A stretch of DNA of 63,525 nucleotides, counting the filler, from Saprolegnia diclina VS20 (Eukaryota), in assembly GCF_000281045.1 (NCBI RefSeq). It is 4 parts of one record of this genome, joined end to end, with 100 filler letters (N's around TTAATTAATTAA, not from the genome) between each part and the next. Parts side by side here need not be neighbours in the genome. Positions count along the whole stretch, not along the records: positions 19,181 to 27,712 come from NW_008246071.1; positions 27,813 to 38,807 come from NW_008246071.1; 2 more parts are not named here. One strand, written 5' to 3'. The translations under genes were made by a program, and so were the position numbers. The notes under the pieces were generated by a model. The model was not told the origin of the DNA. It was given only the letters and a program-made list of their open reading frames with translations, and ran no database searches. Below are positions 22,431 to 35,013 of this stretch, in pieces (the stretch's first letter is position 1; each line of letters opens with the position of its first letter).

Positions 22431-24214
22431 ATGGGGACGTGGATCTTGCGCTGCGCCGTGCATGCGCTCCTCGTCGTCGGCCTCACGCTGCATGCGAGCC
22501 AGGTGGACAACCGCCTCCAGGCCTACACGCGCGGCCTCGCGGATGAGCTCTGGACGCTCTTGAGCGCGTTGCCGCCGAGCCGGTCGCACGACTACGAGCT
22601 CTACACGATGGACGACACCATTGCGCAAGTCCATACCTTGCTCGACAACTACTTTTTGCTGCCGCAGGTCGCGCTTGGCCGGTTCCGCGTCGCGACTTGC
22701 GACGGCGCCGATGGTACGCCTCCATGTACAGTCGGCTTGGCGCTGCTCATATGGCGGTAGAGACCATCGACGCACTGGCCTGTCCAACACTGCGCGTGAT
22801 CGAGTCGGCCACGGGCACGGACGAGGTACGGCGCGCTTCTGGTGTAGTACTAGTACTGCAATGCATATAGGTCGAGCGGTTCTACGACCTACAGCGCGGC
22901 AACGAGTCGTGCTGGCCCGTCGGGCTGCGCTACAACACGCACCACGACGTCTCGCGCGTCTTTTTCGACGCGCTCGTGTCGATGGAGATCTCGGTGCGCG
23001 TTGAATCGCACCCGCCGTCCCGCGAAGAGGACGACGCCGACTTTGAGTTCACCAACTGGAACGTCTCATTCGCGTACGACCTCTCGGCGCAGGGCCAGCT
23101 CCACGGGCAGATGCGCGTGCGTCGGCTGCTCCCGAGCCTCACGCTCCGAGCGACACCGAAAGACTTAATTCCGCGTTACGTGTTCTTTATCGCGCTCGCT
23201 GTGCTGTACCAGGTACCTCCCACTTGGCCTTGCGCCTGCAATCGAACGTGCTGTTAGCTCCTCGAGCTGGGCCACCTCGTCGCGACGCTGCCTGGCGCGA
23301 CGAGCCTCGAAACCATTGGGTAGCTGACACCGTCATATTGTGGCGCAAGGTGGTTCATTCGGCGTAGACGCCACTTGTACTACACGGAGCCGTGGTGCCT
23401 TGTCGTGCTCTGCATGAACCTCGCGACTGTCGCCGTCTCGATCCAGGTCGGTCAACGCTCGATGCACGTTGCGTCACGCGCGGTGTAGGCGTGGCAGTAC
23501 GCCGGGCACTTGGCTTACTTTGAGCAGCTCTCGCTGACGTTTGCGATCGCGTGTGGTCTCGCGTGGGTCTCGTCGCTGCGGTATTTGCACGCGAACGCGC
23601 GCTTCTACATTTTGGGCCTCACGCTGCGACGGGGGCTGCCGCGCGTGCTCGAGTTTCTCATTGGCGTTTGCCCGCTCTTTGTCGGCTACGTGCTATTTGG
23701 CACCGTCATGTTTGGCAGCCAAGTACTTTGATTTCTTGCATTCACAAAATTTGACTTTGAAAAATCCACAATCGATAGGTGCCCCGCTTTCAGGGACTCA
23801 CAACGACAGCGACGACGCTCTTTGCGATTGCCAACGGAGACGAAGTGCGCTTGACGTTCGACTCGCTCGCCGCGACGCCGTTGCTGGGCCAGGTACGAGT
23901 TTGTACACATCTGTTCTGACGCGCGCGACCAGATCTACCTCTACTCGTACATCATGCTCTTCACGTACGTGGTGCTCATGGTGTGCATCGGCATCATCGA
24001 AGATGCCTTCTTCTCGTCGGCCTTTCCGAGTCTTTGGAAGCAGCCTGCGACGCGGGATGACGACAGCGCCTCATCGCGTCTCGCCACCGACGATTGGCTG
24101 CAGCTTCGGTCGTTGATTCTGAACGAGACCGACCCGAGCTTGGTTGTTGCCCAAACCGCCATTTTGAATCGCGTCCACGAACGGTTGTATGTCGCCAAGG
24201 ACGATGGACAGTGA
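22431..24214 (+). CDS. Mucolipin (TRPML)/polycystin-type cation channel, multi-exon
   Basis: LRYL...FYILGLTLRRGLPRVLEFLIGVCPLFVGYVLFGTVMFG, pore TLFAIANGDE, last helix YLYSYIMLFTYVVLMVCIGIIEDAF. Start uncertain. Confidence 0.82.
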
Positions 24215-24234
24215 AATTATATGAAGTACGTCGA

Positions 24235-27200
24235 CTACCACTCGTACTGGAAGCGCTCGAGCGCTTGCTGGGCTTCGCCGAGCTCCTTCTGGACCTTGAT
24301 GCGCTTGTAAAAGATGGGGCAGTCGCGGCTCTTGCAGAGCACTTCTTGGTGCAAGCTGCCCTGGCAGTTTTGGCACTGCGTCCAGAGCCGCGCATATTGC
24401 GCCTCAGCCGTCACGACGACGTTGAGCTGCTTGGCGTACACCGTGGCTTCGTCTTGGAGGCACGCAGCGCAGAGCGCGCCGTCGCCGTTGAGTGGCGCCT
24501 TGCAGCCGAGGCACTTGGCTTTTTTCACGGCAAAGTTCATCATTCCACCCGAATTCTGAACCAGACCCGGCTTGGACCGCTTGCGCGTATGGTCGCCCGC
24601 GAAGAGATCGCTCTTGACCTTGGCGAGCCCAATGATGGGTTCAAAGAGCCGCTCGATCGGGTTTTGGAGCTGGTTGGTGAGGTAGTAGTCGCAGTCGATC
24701 GGCACGTTGTTCGTCAGCGCGTACACCGGGTCCTCAGCCTTTTCGTACAGCGGCGTGTTCTTGCCCTTGTCGATAATGACGTACGCGATGCGCTCGCCGA
24801 GCACGGGCGCGGACCCCGGGTCACGCTTCTTCATGCGCGCCGCGAGCTCCGTGTGCGCTTGCTTGGCCTTGTAGTCGGCTGACTCGGTCGTCTTGCTCAA
24901 GCCTTTCGTGATCACAAGGAGCGACACGTCCACCTTGTTTTGGAGCAGGTCCGAGATGATGCCCTTGGTATACGTGATCGCCGCGTCGACGTTGCGCTCG
25001 ATCAGAATCTTTTTGAGAATCGTCTCGACCATGCGGCGCACGAGGAGGCAGTTGTCGCGCCGGACAGTCTCGAGCCCTTTCGTGTCGAGCTTGTCAAACT
25101 TGTCGGCTCTGGTCCAGAGCAAGCCCGCGTACCGCTTCTTGTTCATGAGCAAGTACGGGTAGTAGACCTTCTCGAACTCGAGCTTGATGGGCTTGGGGAA
25201 GATGTCGGACACAATACGCGCGGCTTCTTCGGCCAATGGCATCGCGTCCTCGACGGTCGAGACGCCAAATTTCACCATGACCGAGTCCGTGTCACCATAA
25301 ACCACTTGCGCGTCGTGCTTGTAGCCATTGGCAACCGTAAAGACGCGCTCGACCTCTTCGCGCGTCTTGAAGAGCAGCTGTCGACCGTACGCTGTGACCG
25401 ACGACGCGATCGGAATGCACGGCAGCTGGCCGACGTTGGCGCCAGTGAACCCATAGACCGAGTTGGCGCTCACTTTGAGCGCGAGCTGCCGGCCGTTCTG
25501 GACAGCTTTCGTCATTGCGTCCGGCGCTGTGGCCATGTCGCGCTTGGCTTGCTTGCGCGCACTCAAAAGCTCTTCGAGAATCAGCGGTAAAATGCCCTTC
25601 TTGGTGGAGCTCTTGACAAAGACGTCGCCAGACGGCGACGTTTCGTATGCGTCCGGCGCGAGGTTGCTCACGTCGCCCGGCGCCACGAGCGTCGAGTAGC
25701 AGAGGTTGTAGCCTTGCATGATACTCGGATACAGCGACGCAAAATCCAGCGTCGCAATCGGCATCGTGTAATAAGCCTTCATGGGCTCGATGACAGTCGC
25801 GCCTTCATAGCCCGCGTCGTCGCCCGCGCCGGACCGCGGGAGGTTGGGCACGACGAGTGACGCTTCGCGGCACTTGCGCAGCAACATGGAGTAAACCTTG
25901 ATCTGCTGGCCGCGATCGATGAGAAAGTCGAGCGGGACGCCCGTCACACGCGCCATCTCGACGTAGTTGACGAGGTAGCTCAGTTTTTGGAGCAGAGTCA
26001 GCGGCAGCATCGCATCTTTGAGACAGTAGACAGCGAGGCGATGGCGGTCGTCGTCCGAGCCGCGCTGGAGGTCCGAGATGATACCGTGGGGCACGTCTTC
26101 TTTTTGCTGCCCGAGGAAAATCGCCGACACTGAGTTGAGCGAGTAGGACGAGAGCTGTTGGTTGCGCCGAATGATCGGCAGCATGTCGAACGACGTGCGC
26201 CCGTGCATCGTCGTCCGGTAGTTGTCGCTCTTGCCGTACGCCGCCGACTGGAACGCCTTCTTCTCCATAATGTTGGCACTACGCTCGAGATGAGACACTT
26301 TGTCTTTATGAGACCTTGTGGGATACATGTTTTTGAGGCGGCCCCAGCACGCGTACTGCGGGCTGAGCTTGAGCGCTTTCCCGCGGTTCATCAGGTACGG
26401 GATGTCGAAGTTGTCAATGTTGTAGCCCGTGAGAATGTCCGGGTCCACCTGCCGCACAAAGGCGGCCCACGCCTCGAGGAGCTCCGACTCGGTCTCAAAC
26501 TCCATGACGTGGGCGCCGACGATCGGCTTGCACGTCCCGAGGACAAAGACGTTGCGGACGAGCGGGTGCTCGGCGCCTTGCTCCCACACGACGTTGGCGA
26601 TTTGGATCACCGGATCCTATATATCACGTTGATACATTGATAGAGTCGAAAGCGATACCTCGTCGGCGTCGGGAAAATGGCCGGTCCGGCCCATGCACTC
26701 AATGTCAAAGCTGAGAATGCGCAATGGCGCGAGCTTGCCCCATTGCCCGGTCGGCGGGTGGCTCACCATGTTCATGTACACGACGTCGAGCTCGAGCTGG
26801 CAGTTGGACACGTGCTTATGGGCCGGCCGGACGCGGTATGTCCCCGCGGGCATCTCGACCCAGTTGCAGCCTTGCACGTTGTTGTCGATCATGAACCGGA
26901 GAATGTACGGGACGTTCGACTCGTACGTCTGGTACGACCGCGAGACAAAGCCGGGGATGTGCACGGCGCCCGCTTCGAGCGCCGACCGCACGCGCGGGAC
27001 GAGATGCGGGAGGCTCAGGTAGATCTTGATGAGGCGCACCTTCTTCTCAAACTGGTACCCGTAGAGCGACATCATATTCTCGACGATCTCGACGCCCTGG
27101 ATCGCAGTCGCGTCCGACGGGTTCTTCTTGGCGACTGTGTCGAGCGCCTCGCGCACGAGGCCGCAGTCCGCCGCCTTGAGGCCGTCCGGACACGACGCGT

Positions 27201-27489
27201 AAAAGTAGGGCACAAAGCCGTGGATATGCGCCATGACGCTATGACCTTCCTCGGTCACGCCCGCGAGGCGAATGATGGACGTGCTCCCGGTGCGCGGCCC
27301 CGGGATCGGCTGCGTCCGCGAGTACGGGTTCTCGGCCAGCGGCTCGCCGTCGTACATGCTGATGTCGATCCACTGGAAGCGGACGGCCGCCTCCGAGGCC
27401 ACCACCGGGGCCATCTCCTTCCGCGGCCACGCGCTCGCCTGCGTCTTGAGCACGCGCGCCTTCTTGGCCGGCGGCTCCATCGTCGCCAT
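24235..27489 (-). CDS. POLD1: DNA polymerase delta catalytic subunit
   Basis: Exonuclease SFDIEC and GYNIDNFDIPY; polymerase DFASLYPS, KVSANSVYGFTG, YGDTDS; C-terminal CysA/CysB. Intron 26617-26658 and a probable in-frame intron at about 26279-26326. Confidence 0.97.
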
Positions 27490-27712
27490 TGCCCAAATCC
27501 GGTAAATGCTGCCCACAGCCTTTTCCCGGCAAAACCGACCAGCTTTTCATCCAATCGCATCGCTTGAATAGGATTATTTCAACCAATCACAGAGAGGCTC
27601 CGGCCGCCTCTGTGGAGTGGGCGGGATCTTCTGGCCGCTCACCAAGATGTGCCACGTCCCACGCCCCAAGCGCCAAGTGCAGCAGCGATATGTGTTACCA
27701 AGCGTATTAGCA

Positions 27713-27812
27713 NNNNNNNNNNNNNNNNNNNNNNNNNNNNNNNNNNNNNNNNNNNNTTAATTAATTAANNNNNNNNNNNNNNNNNNNNNNNNNNNNNNNN
27801 NNNNNNNNNNNN
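27713..27812. other. 100-nt assembly gap with TTAATTAATTAA linker
   Basis: Same structure as 19081-19180. Confidence 0.99.
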
Positions 27813-28445
27813 GACGGACCTCGGGGTGGTCGTGCACGGCGGCATGTAGCTGGTCCTGGAGCTCTCGGACGGTCGCTTCGTGGGCTTCAGCCGCTCGATG
27901 CTATTCGCGACGATGGTAAAGAGAAATCAAAAAGTAATATCGCGGACACCTGCTCGAGCACGAGTTGGGCCGCGACCTGCTCGCCAAACTTGATGGTGGC
28001 GTCTTGCATCGCCTGCTGATCGCGGACCTTCTGGAGCAAGTAGAGAATGACCGCGTCCTTCTCCGACTCGGCGAGTGCTCCGAGCGCAGACGACGGTGCG
28101 GGTTGCACCTGCAGCCGCGCAAGCGCCTTCCGCGGGCTGAACACGACTCGTGGCGACGTTGGGTGTCCTAATGCATCCGACATCATGAGGCTCATCAGAC
28201 TTTCTGCACCAAGTCGCACGGTCTGCCATGTCTAAAGCCTTTTCAAAATTCGAACACAAAGTCAGCAATCTTGTCAACAAAATTTCAATGTATCAAAGTT
28301 GCATCTGGAAAAGGGGTGTATAGAATTATAATATATTTCAATCACGACGACAATATGGCTGCGTCTTGCAACATTTACTCGTCCGCATTCTCATTCTCAT
28401 CCTCGTCCTCGTCCTCGGCGACCTCTTCTTCGTTGTCGGCTTCGG
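27813..28445 (-). repeat. Inverted copy of 2509-3141 (NOG2 tail fragment plus 5' part of small-gene paralogue), ending at a gap
   Basis: Encodes ...[20 protein letters not shown] and MSLMMSDALGHPTSPRVVFSPRK...; several substitutions relative to the donor. Confidence 0.95.
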
Positions 28446-28702
28446 ACTGCCATGGACGACTCGCATATGCCTTGACGCAGCCCGTGCCGAGTACAATAGC
28501 TCCAAGCAGCTTGGGCTTGGATGCATTTTGCTTGTTTCTATGTGTTTTCGGTATTGGTCTGCACTGTCGTTGGCTTCGAAATTGCATTGAAACTCGAGTA
28601 GCGCTCCGTCTAGCGTCCCTACATACTAGTCGGCAGCAAGGGAAGAGACACAGAGTCGATGCAAGAGGTCGAAGTAGATTCGCGTTGAAAAGGCGGCTTT
28701 TC

Positions 28703-30764
28703 CTATGGCATCTGGTCGTCGTTGCTCGTTTCTTTCCGGTACTCGCGGATGATGGCGGGAATCGACGTGGGCGGGATCATGCCAATCTCCGTCACGACCG
28801 TCGTCACGTACTCCATGGGCGTCAAGTCGTAAATCAAGTTCAAGAGCTTGAGGTTCGGGAGGTCGCGCCAATCAGCGAGCACGTGCGGGTGGTCCTCGGC
28901 CTGCTGCGACTTGGGGCGGTTCAGGCGGTCGGCGTTCGTCTCGGTCGCATACGACGAGATGAGCTCGTCCGGGTCGCGCAGCTCGTTGTGCGTGATCGAG
29001 TCCATTTGCACGCGGTCGGAAAACTGGGCAAATGCATGAGCCACCTCCACTCGACGCGTTGTATACCTTGTACGTCTCGCAGCAAAAGAGGACCGGGACG
29101 TTAAACTCGTGCGCCGTCATCGCACAGAGCGCCTACCCTCAGGAGCGTGGGCCAACAATGGACTAGACCAAGAGGAGGCGCACCGTGCCGACACGCGCGA
29201 CGGCCGCGCCGTTGCTCATAAAGGCCGACGCGCCCAAAAACACCTTGGTGACTTGCTACAGAGACCCAAGTGTCAACCAAAAACTATCAAGCTTTCAACC
29301 GATGACGCACCTTCATCACGTACGAGAGCGCGTTGATGTGGATGTACGAGCACGGAAGGCCATGCGTGGCGAGCGCGCGGAGGAGCTTCTTGCCCTCAAA
29401 GTGCGGGCGCGAGTCGACCACGATGACGCGGAACTTGGTCTTCAAGTCGTGGGCCTCCTTGAGGAGCGACTCGAGCACCTCCGAGCGCGCGTACGTCAGA
29501 ATGACGTCGCCGTCGACGATCTTGGAGCACGAGAGCTTGGTGACGGCCTTCATCGCAAGCAGAATGCGGTGCTGGATGAACTGGTCAATCTCGTCGATGA
29601 TGAGCTCCTTCGCTTCTTCGTCGTTCTTGGTCACGTCAATCGTCGCAATCACGTTGCGGACGTACTAGAAGCAGCCGCCATCAGATCCACATCTGAGACA
29701 ATCAGATTCACATCTGAGAGATGCACTAACGTACACGAATGGCGTTGCCCATGCCAATGCTGTGCGGGCGACAGTCGATGAGGAACTGGATGAGCGGTCG
29801 CAGCGACTTGTCCAGATCACGGCGCAGACCCTAGCGCGCACATGTTTGAGCAAGAGACAGTTGAGACCAGGGGACCTTGTCGGGCGGCGCGTGGTAGTCC
29901 TTGATGACCTCCTGGAAGGCCGTGAGCATCGCGATGCAGCGCGCGTTCCCGCCGGCGATCTTGCCTTCGGCGTATTTGAGCCCGAGCGAGAGGATTGCCG
30001 GGTGGATCTCAGTCTTGGAGAAGCCGACGTTGAGCGAGAGCGAGCTCTCGCGCTCGTACTGCGGCAGGTGCGAGAAGAGCGTCACCTGTCGCGCGTGCAT
30101 GAGCCAATGAGGTTGCACGTGTCTTGGATCTACCTGCTTTTGCGCCTGCGTGCGCTGGATGACCGAGCCCTTCGAGTACCGAGCGACCTTCTTCGGGTCG
30201 TCGTACTAGATACATATAAGGACGTGTGGGAGCATGAGGGATGATTGGTGATACCTGCATGCGCGCCGTGGGCGGCGTCGGCGCCGTCGACGGCTTGACA
30301 GCCGGTTTGGCCGGGCCACCGGCCTTGGCCGCACGCTGCTGTTCCTGAAGAAGACGACGCTCTTCCTTGGAGAGCTTGGCCTTCTTCTCGAACGTCTGCG
30401 CACCCATGGCTTCCTTCTTCTTTTGCTTCCGAAGCGCCTTGTCTATAGGCGGCATGAGATCGTTGCATGGATGTCAAATGGCACGCTACCTTCTTCCGGC
30501 GTCAGCGACAGCTTCTCCATGCCAGCCTACACACCATGCCAATGAATGATGAGGCATATGTGGCTGCGCACCGCAAGGTCCGGCTTCAATAGGCTCATGG
30601 GCGGCGACTTCTTGGCGTCGCGCTTGGCGTCCTTCGCATCCAGCATCTTCTCTACACCAATGCGATACGCATGATCGCACGCGCTTCCTGCGCTTCATGG
30701 CCGTACCGAGCTGCTTGAAGTCCGAGTTGGCCCGGAGGAGGTCCGTCTTCTTCTTGTCGGCCAT
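28703..30764 (-). CDS. EIF2B4: Translation initiation factor eIF2B subunit delta, multi-exon
   Basis: LFSHLPQY, IHPAILSLGLKYAEGKIAGGNARCIAML, CRPHSIGMGNAIR, DSRPHFEG, CETYK/FSDRVQMDS, NLIYDLTP...TEIGMIPPTSIPAIIREY. Confidence 0.93.
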
Positions 30765-30808
30765 GCTAAATCGCGTTTTGCAAGTCCATTGAAATTTCCC
30801 ATGGTCGG

Positions 30809-30828
30809 TCCGGGATTCGAATCCCGGA
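30809..30828. promoter_or_regulatory. Perfect 20-bp palindrome in the divergent promoter region
   Basis: TCCGGGATTCGAATCCCGGA is its own reverse complement and lies between ATG 30764(-) and ATG 30991(+). Function unknown. Confidence 0.5.
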
Positions 30829-30990
30829 GTTGGGCCGGCGACGCGCATACAATGATGGACGTTTTATTTTCACTCGATAAATGTATGGAGAGGCGTGAAA
30901 ACGACCGCCGCCCGTTCGCATACAAACACCAAGTTTGGTGCCAGGCTATTTTATGAGTTTGGCTTGTTCTCTGTGAAACGCGAGCCGAGT

Positions 30991-33251
30991 ATGGCGACGC
31001 CGACGAGCGACGACGAGTGGAAGGAGATGCTGTACAGCAGCCTCGAGTGCGAGATCTGCAACCTGCCGTACGACAACACCGAGACCCATACGCCCCGCCT
31101 CCTGAGCTGCGGCCACACGTTCTGCCAGGTACGCACCAAGATACGCTCGCGTCACGATGACCTCGGCTTCATGGACTGCGTGGTAGTCGTGCCTCGGCGG
31201 GTGGGCCACGACCGCAAGCCATGGCCACTCGGGCACCAACATCATTACATGTCCTAGCTGTCGGCGCGAGACGCTGGTGGGCCGCGACGGCCTCCCAAAG
31301 AACTTTGAAGTGCTCCGGATCCGCGACGAGCTTGAGCAATGGACGTCGGAGCGACTCGCGGCCTTTCGCGCCCAAAGCGATGGAATCATCAGGGAAAAGG
31401 AAACGATTGCGCGCGAGGCCGAGCAGGCGGCGCAGATCGCTCAGCAAAAGGCCGACCAAGCCGCGGACCACGCCCGCGCGCTGCAGCAGCAAGTCACTTT
31501 GAACGCACGCGAGCGCCAAGCCGCGCTGGAAGCCGCCGAGGCCGCGCAGCGCGGTGCCCGCGACGCCATCTCGCTGGCGGAGAAGCTGCAGAACGAAACG
31601 GACGACCTCAAGCGGCAATTGCAGCTCGACGCGCTGCAGCTCCAGCAGATCAAGAAGGACGCGAGCACGTCGTCAGCGATCGCGGCCGACCTCGAATCCA
31701 AGGCCAATGCGCTCCAAGCCCAGGTACGCATCACCTTGTTTGTCGTTCATTTGTGTCACGAAGCGTCATGGTGATGTTTGTAGGTCGACCGTGTCAAGTC
31801 GCAGCTTTTGCTGCACTCGGGCAAGCAAGACCCAACGCGGATGGTCGTACTGGTGTGCGATCCCATCACAGTCGGCTCATGGCTCCTCCCATACACGCGC
31901 TACACTGTGGTACATACGCATCCGCCAAATGTTCTTACCTCTTGACGTTGGTCTAGATTTGCATTGCGAATGAAAACGGTGCCATGGACTCGATGCTGGC
32001 GGCGCGCGACTGGATCTACTCGTCGCCCAAGCTCGGGTACGGCCTCCAAATGAGCGTCAACTTGACGCAAGCCAACGCTTCGGTCCGCGTCTACCGCCGG
32101 TACAGCGACTTTGGCTGGCTCCATGACGCGCTCTGCGTCGAGTACCCTGGCCTCTTCGTGCCATTCCTGCCCGGCAAGACCTTTTTCAACGGCCACGCCG
32201 ACTTTGTCAACGAGAGGATGCGGTCGCTGCAGGTACTCGGCTCTCGGAATGGCTCGTGGCATACATCGTTAGGCGTTCTTGCGCGAGATCCTCCGCAATC
32301 CGGTGCTCAGCCGCGGCGACGATGTCCGCGCCTTCCTTCTCTTCTCAACCGAAGAGCTCGAAAAGTACAAACTCGCCAAAGCACCCGTCGCGTTGGCGTC
32401 GGACGTGGTCGTTGCCGCGCCACCCAAGCCCAAGAAGGTCCACTCGTCGTCGTGGTTGCGCACCGGCGCGTCGACAGGCCAGTGGGCGTGGGGCGCCGTG
32501 AGCTCGCTGACGTCGAGCGCAGCCAAGCTCGTGACGACGACGGCAGGTCTCGGTGACGACGACGCGCTCCTTGAAGTCGACAGCGAGCACGCGTGGTTGC
32601 AATTGCGGCGCAAGAGCTACGAGCAACTGTACAGGCCCCGCAGCAGCCCGTATGGGACTCATCCTCGTCCTATGTAGTTGCCACATGTATGAGAAGGCGG
32701 TCGAGAAGGGCGAGATCTCGCTGCGCGGCCAGCGCAAGCAAGCGACCGAGCTCTCGGAACTAGGCCACCTCCTCGGGCGGATGGTCAAGCTTGACGACGG
32801 CATCGTCAAGCGCAGCCAGTCGTTGTATACGTTCCAGGCGCGCGTCGAAGGCGAGCTGCGGGGCATGGGCGCGGACTTCGGCGGCGTCGCCGACATGTCG
32901 GAGCACGCGGTGCAGGAGACGCTGCGCATGCAGGTGCTGCAGTTGGGCGCGATCGAAGAGGCATTTGGCCGCGTCAAAGTCAAACAGGAGGCGGTCGAAG
33001 GGCTCGAGAGTGCGCTCCACGGCCCGGACGTGAGTCTGCGTGACGATGCCCTCTCGAAACTGCCCACTGCCAAGACGACGCTGGACGCGCTCAAGGCGAG
33101 CGTCGTCGGGCAGCTCAAGGAGCTCGAGCCGACGCGGTCGATCTTTGTCGCACGGAGCCTCGCCAAGTGCTGCGAGGACCTCCGCACGCTCAGCACCGAG
33201 TCGCGCGTCGCGTGGGAGACGCTTCGCGCCCGCCTCGATGGCGCCGAGTAG
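30991..33251 (+). CDS. RING finger + coiled-coil + PX-domain sorting-nexin-like protein, multi-exon
   Basis: CEIC...PRLLSCGHTFCQ/SC...CPSCR (C3HC4 RING), Q/A-rich coil, PX VYRRYSDFGWLHDAL...PFLPGK...FVNERMRSLQ/AFL, helical C-terminus. Confidence 0.85.
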
Positions 33252-33286
33252 CATCGTCGGGTATACATATCGAGTGTGTATTTATT

Positions 33287-34967
33287 TCAGCACTTCGACT
33301 TGTATGCAGCGTACGACGGGGCGACGCGTGAAGCGTACGTCTGCATCGACGGCAAGTCGAACGACGGGGTGTGCGCACCAAAGCACAGCTCGTGGTGCGT
33401 CGGGCCATGCACCGGTGTGGGCTTGGGCGGCCGCAGTTGCTTCTTCTTTTTCACGGGCGACTTTGTTTGGGGCGCGTCTTTGGCGAGTTCGGTCACGAGT
33501 GCTATGTACAAGTGCACGTCGCGCTCGGCGTCGTCCACGTACGCGGTGAGGTCTTGGATATGGGCGGTCTCGGCTGACAGAATAGCCCGTCGGAGCTAGT
33601 TCGTCGGCTGTAGGGGTAGGGTCGCCACCGATACATGTCTACCTTTTCACAGACGTGTTCGCCGAGCTCTATACTCGAGATAATTGATATATATACTGGC
33701 GAAGTGCAGAAGTACCGGTGATTTCTAGTGCGGTGATCAAACTGTCGGAGAGGACGCCCTCGGCCTCCCGCGCGGTGCAGCGAAGCCACGCGATCTCCGA
33801 GACGCGCGCGAGCGGCTGCAAGAGCGTTTGGCACGCCTCGATGCGGTCCTACCATAGACACGTCTGCATTGCATGTATGATGGGAAGCGACTTGGAGTGC
33901 GATGCGAGCTTCGACCGAGTTGCTGGCTTTCACGAGGCTTGGCGTGTCGACGGTCGGCGGCTGTGGCTCGGGCATTGGAATCGTCGGTGGCTCGATCAGG
34001 TCGGCGACAACGACCACCACCGGAGCCGAAGGCACATCCGTTGGCGGATCCTCCACGACGGGCGACGCGAGAATGAGAATGTCGGCTTGCTAGCGATGCA
34101 GCCTCGTACACGCAAGCGCGCCAAAGACAACGTACAGGTGTTGGTTTCGAGCTTGGCCGTTTGGTGCCCGAAGAACGCGGTGTCTTGGCGGGTGGCGGCG
34201 TCTTGGCCGGTGGCGGTGTCTTGGCCGGTGGCGGCGTCTTGGGCTTGGGCGTCTTGGATGGTTTCGTCGATGACCGCGGTGTCTTCTTGGCTGGCTTTGG
34301 AGTGTCGTCGGCAAACTTGACAAACACCCACTCGTGGAGCTCTGGTACGTGGTGTAACTTGACATACTCAACGAGATAGAAGCTATTACCTGTGAGATAG
34401 GTGACGTACGCCTTGACCTTTTGGCCGCGCGCCCACACCTCGGCGAGCTCGTAGATGGAGATGCAAAACCGGTGCTTGTCCATCGAGATCAATCCGCCAC
34501 TGTCGCGCTGCCAGTCTTCCTACGCATCTACACTCGTGTACACTCGAGTGCGCTGACGCAAACCTCGATGAGCGCATCAATGTCGTCGCTCAGCTGGGCT
34601 TTCTTCCCGTACATGCGCGACGTACCGAAAATGAGCCGTTTGTACAAGTTGACATATTCGTCTACACCGACGACGACCCGAGTGTTAATGGTTGCATGTT
34701 GCATCAGAACCCACCGCGCTCGATCGTGCCGTTGCGGTCGCCATCGAGCAGCGTGAGGCAGCTCTGCCACCACTTGTCGAGGATCGCAGCCAGCGGCGGG
34801 TTCTCCTCAATAAAGGCCAGCTTGTCGTCCTCGTCGTCTTCGTCTTCGTCGTCCTCGTCGTCATCATCGTCATCATCGTGCGGACCGTCACCGTTGCCGC
34901 TGCCATCGCCGGCCCCGCTGATGCGCTGGATGAGGCTAAACATGCTCGCCGGCTTGGGCTCTGCCAT
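33287..34967 (-). CDS. Hypothetical protein with EF-hand-like loop, acidic tract and KTPPPA repeats, multi-exon
   Basis: MAEPKP...; D/E run; LDGDRNGTIER/DEY EF-hand-like loop; (KTPPPA)x3 at about 34180-34240. Confidence 0.65.
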
Positions 34968-35013
34968 GGCTCCTCCAAGTTGGCGTTCCACGAGACGTTT
35001 CTATTTAATTTTA

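Noticed and set aside
24235..27489. Viral or Polinton family-B polymerase
   Set aside because: Has introns and the Pol-delta CysA/CysB tail; no viral genes nearby.
30800..30870. Possible tRNA gene (T-loop-like TTCGAATCCCGG...CCA on the minus strand)
   Set aside because: No matching acceptor 5' strand, D-arm or anticodon arm; spacing too short. Kept only as a palindrome.
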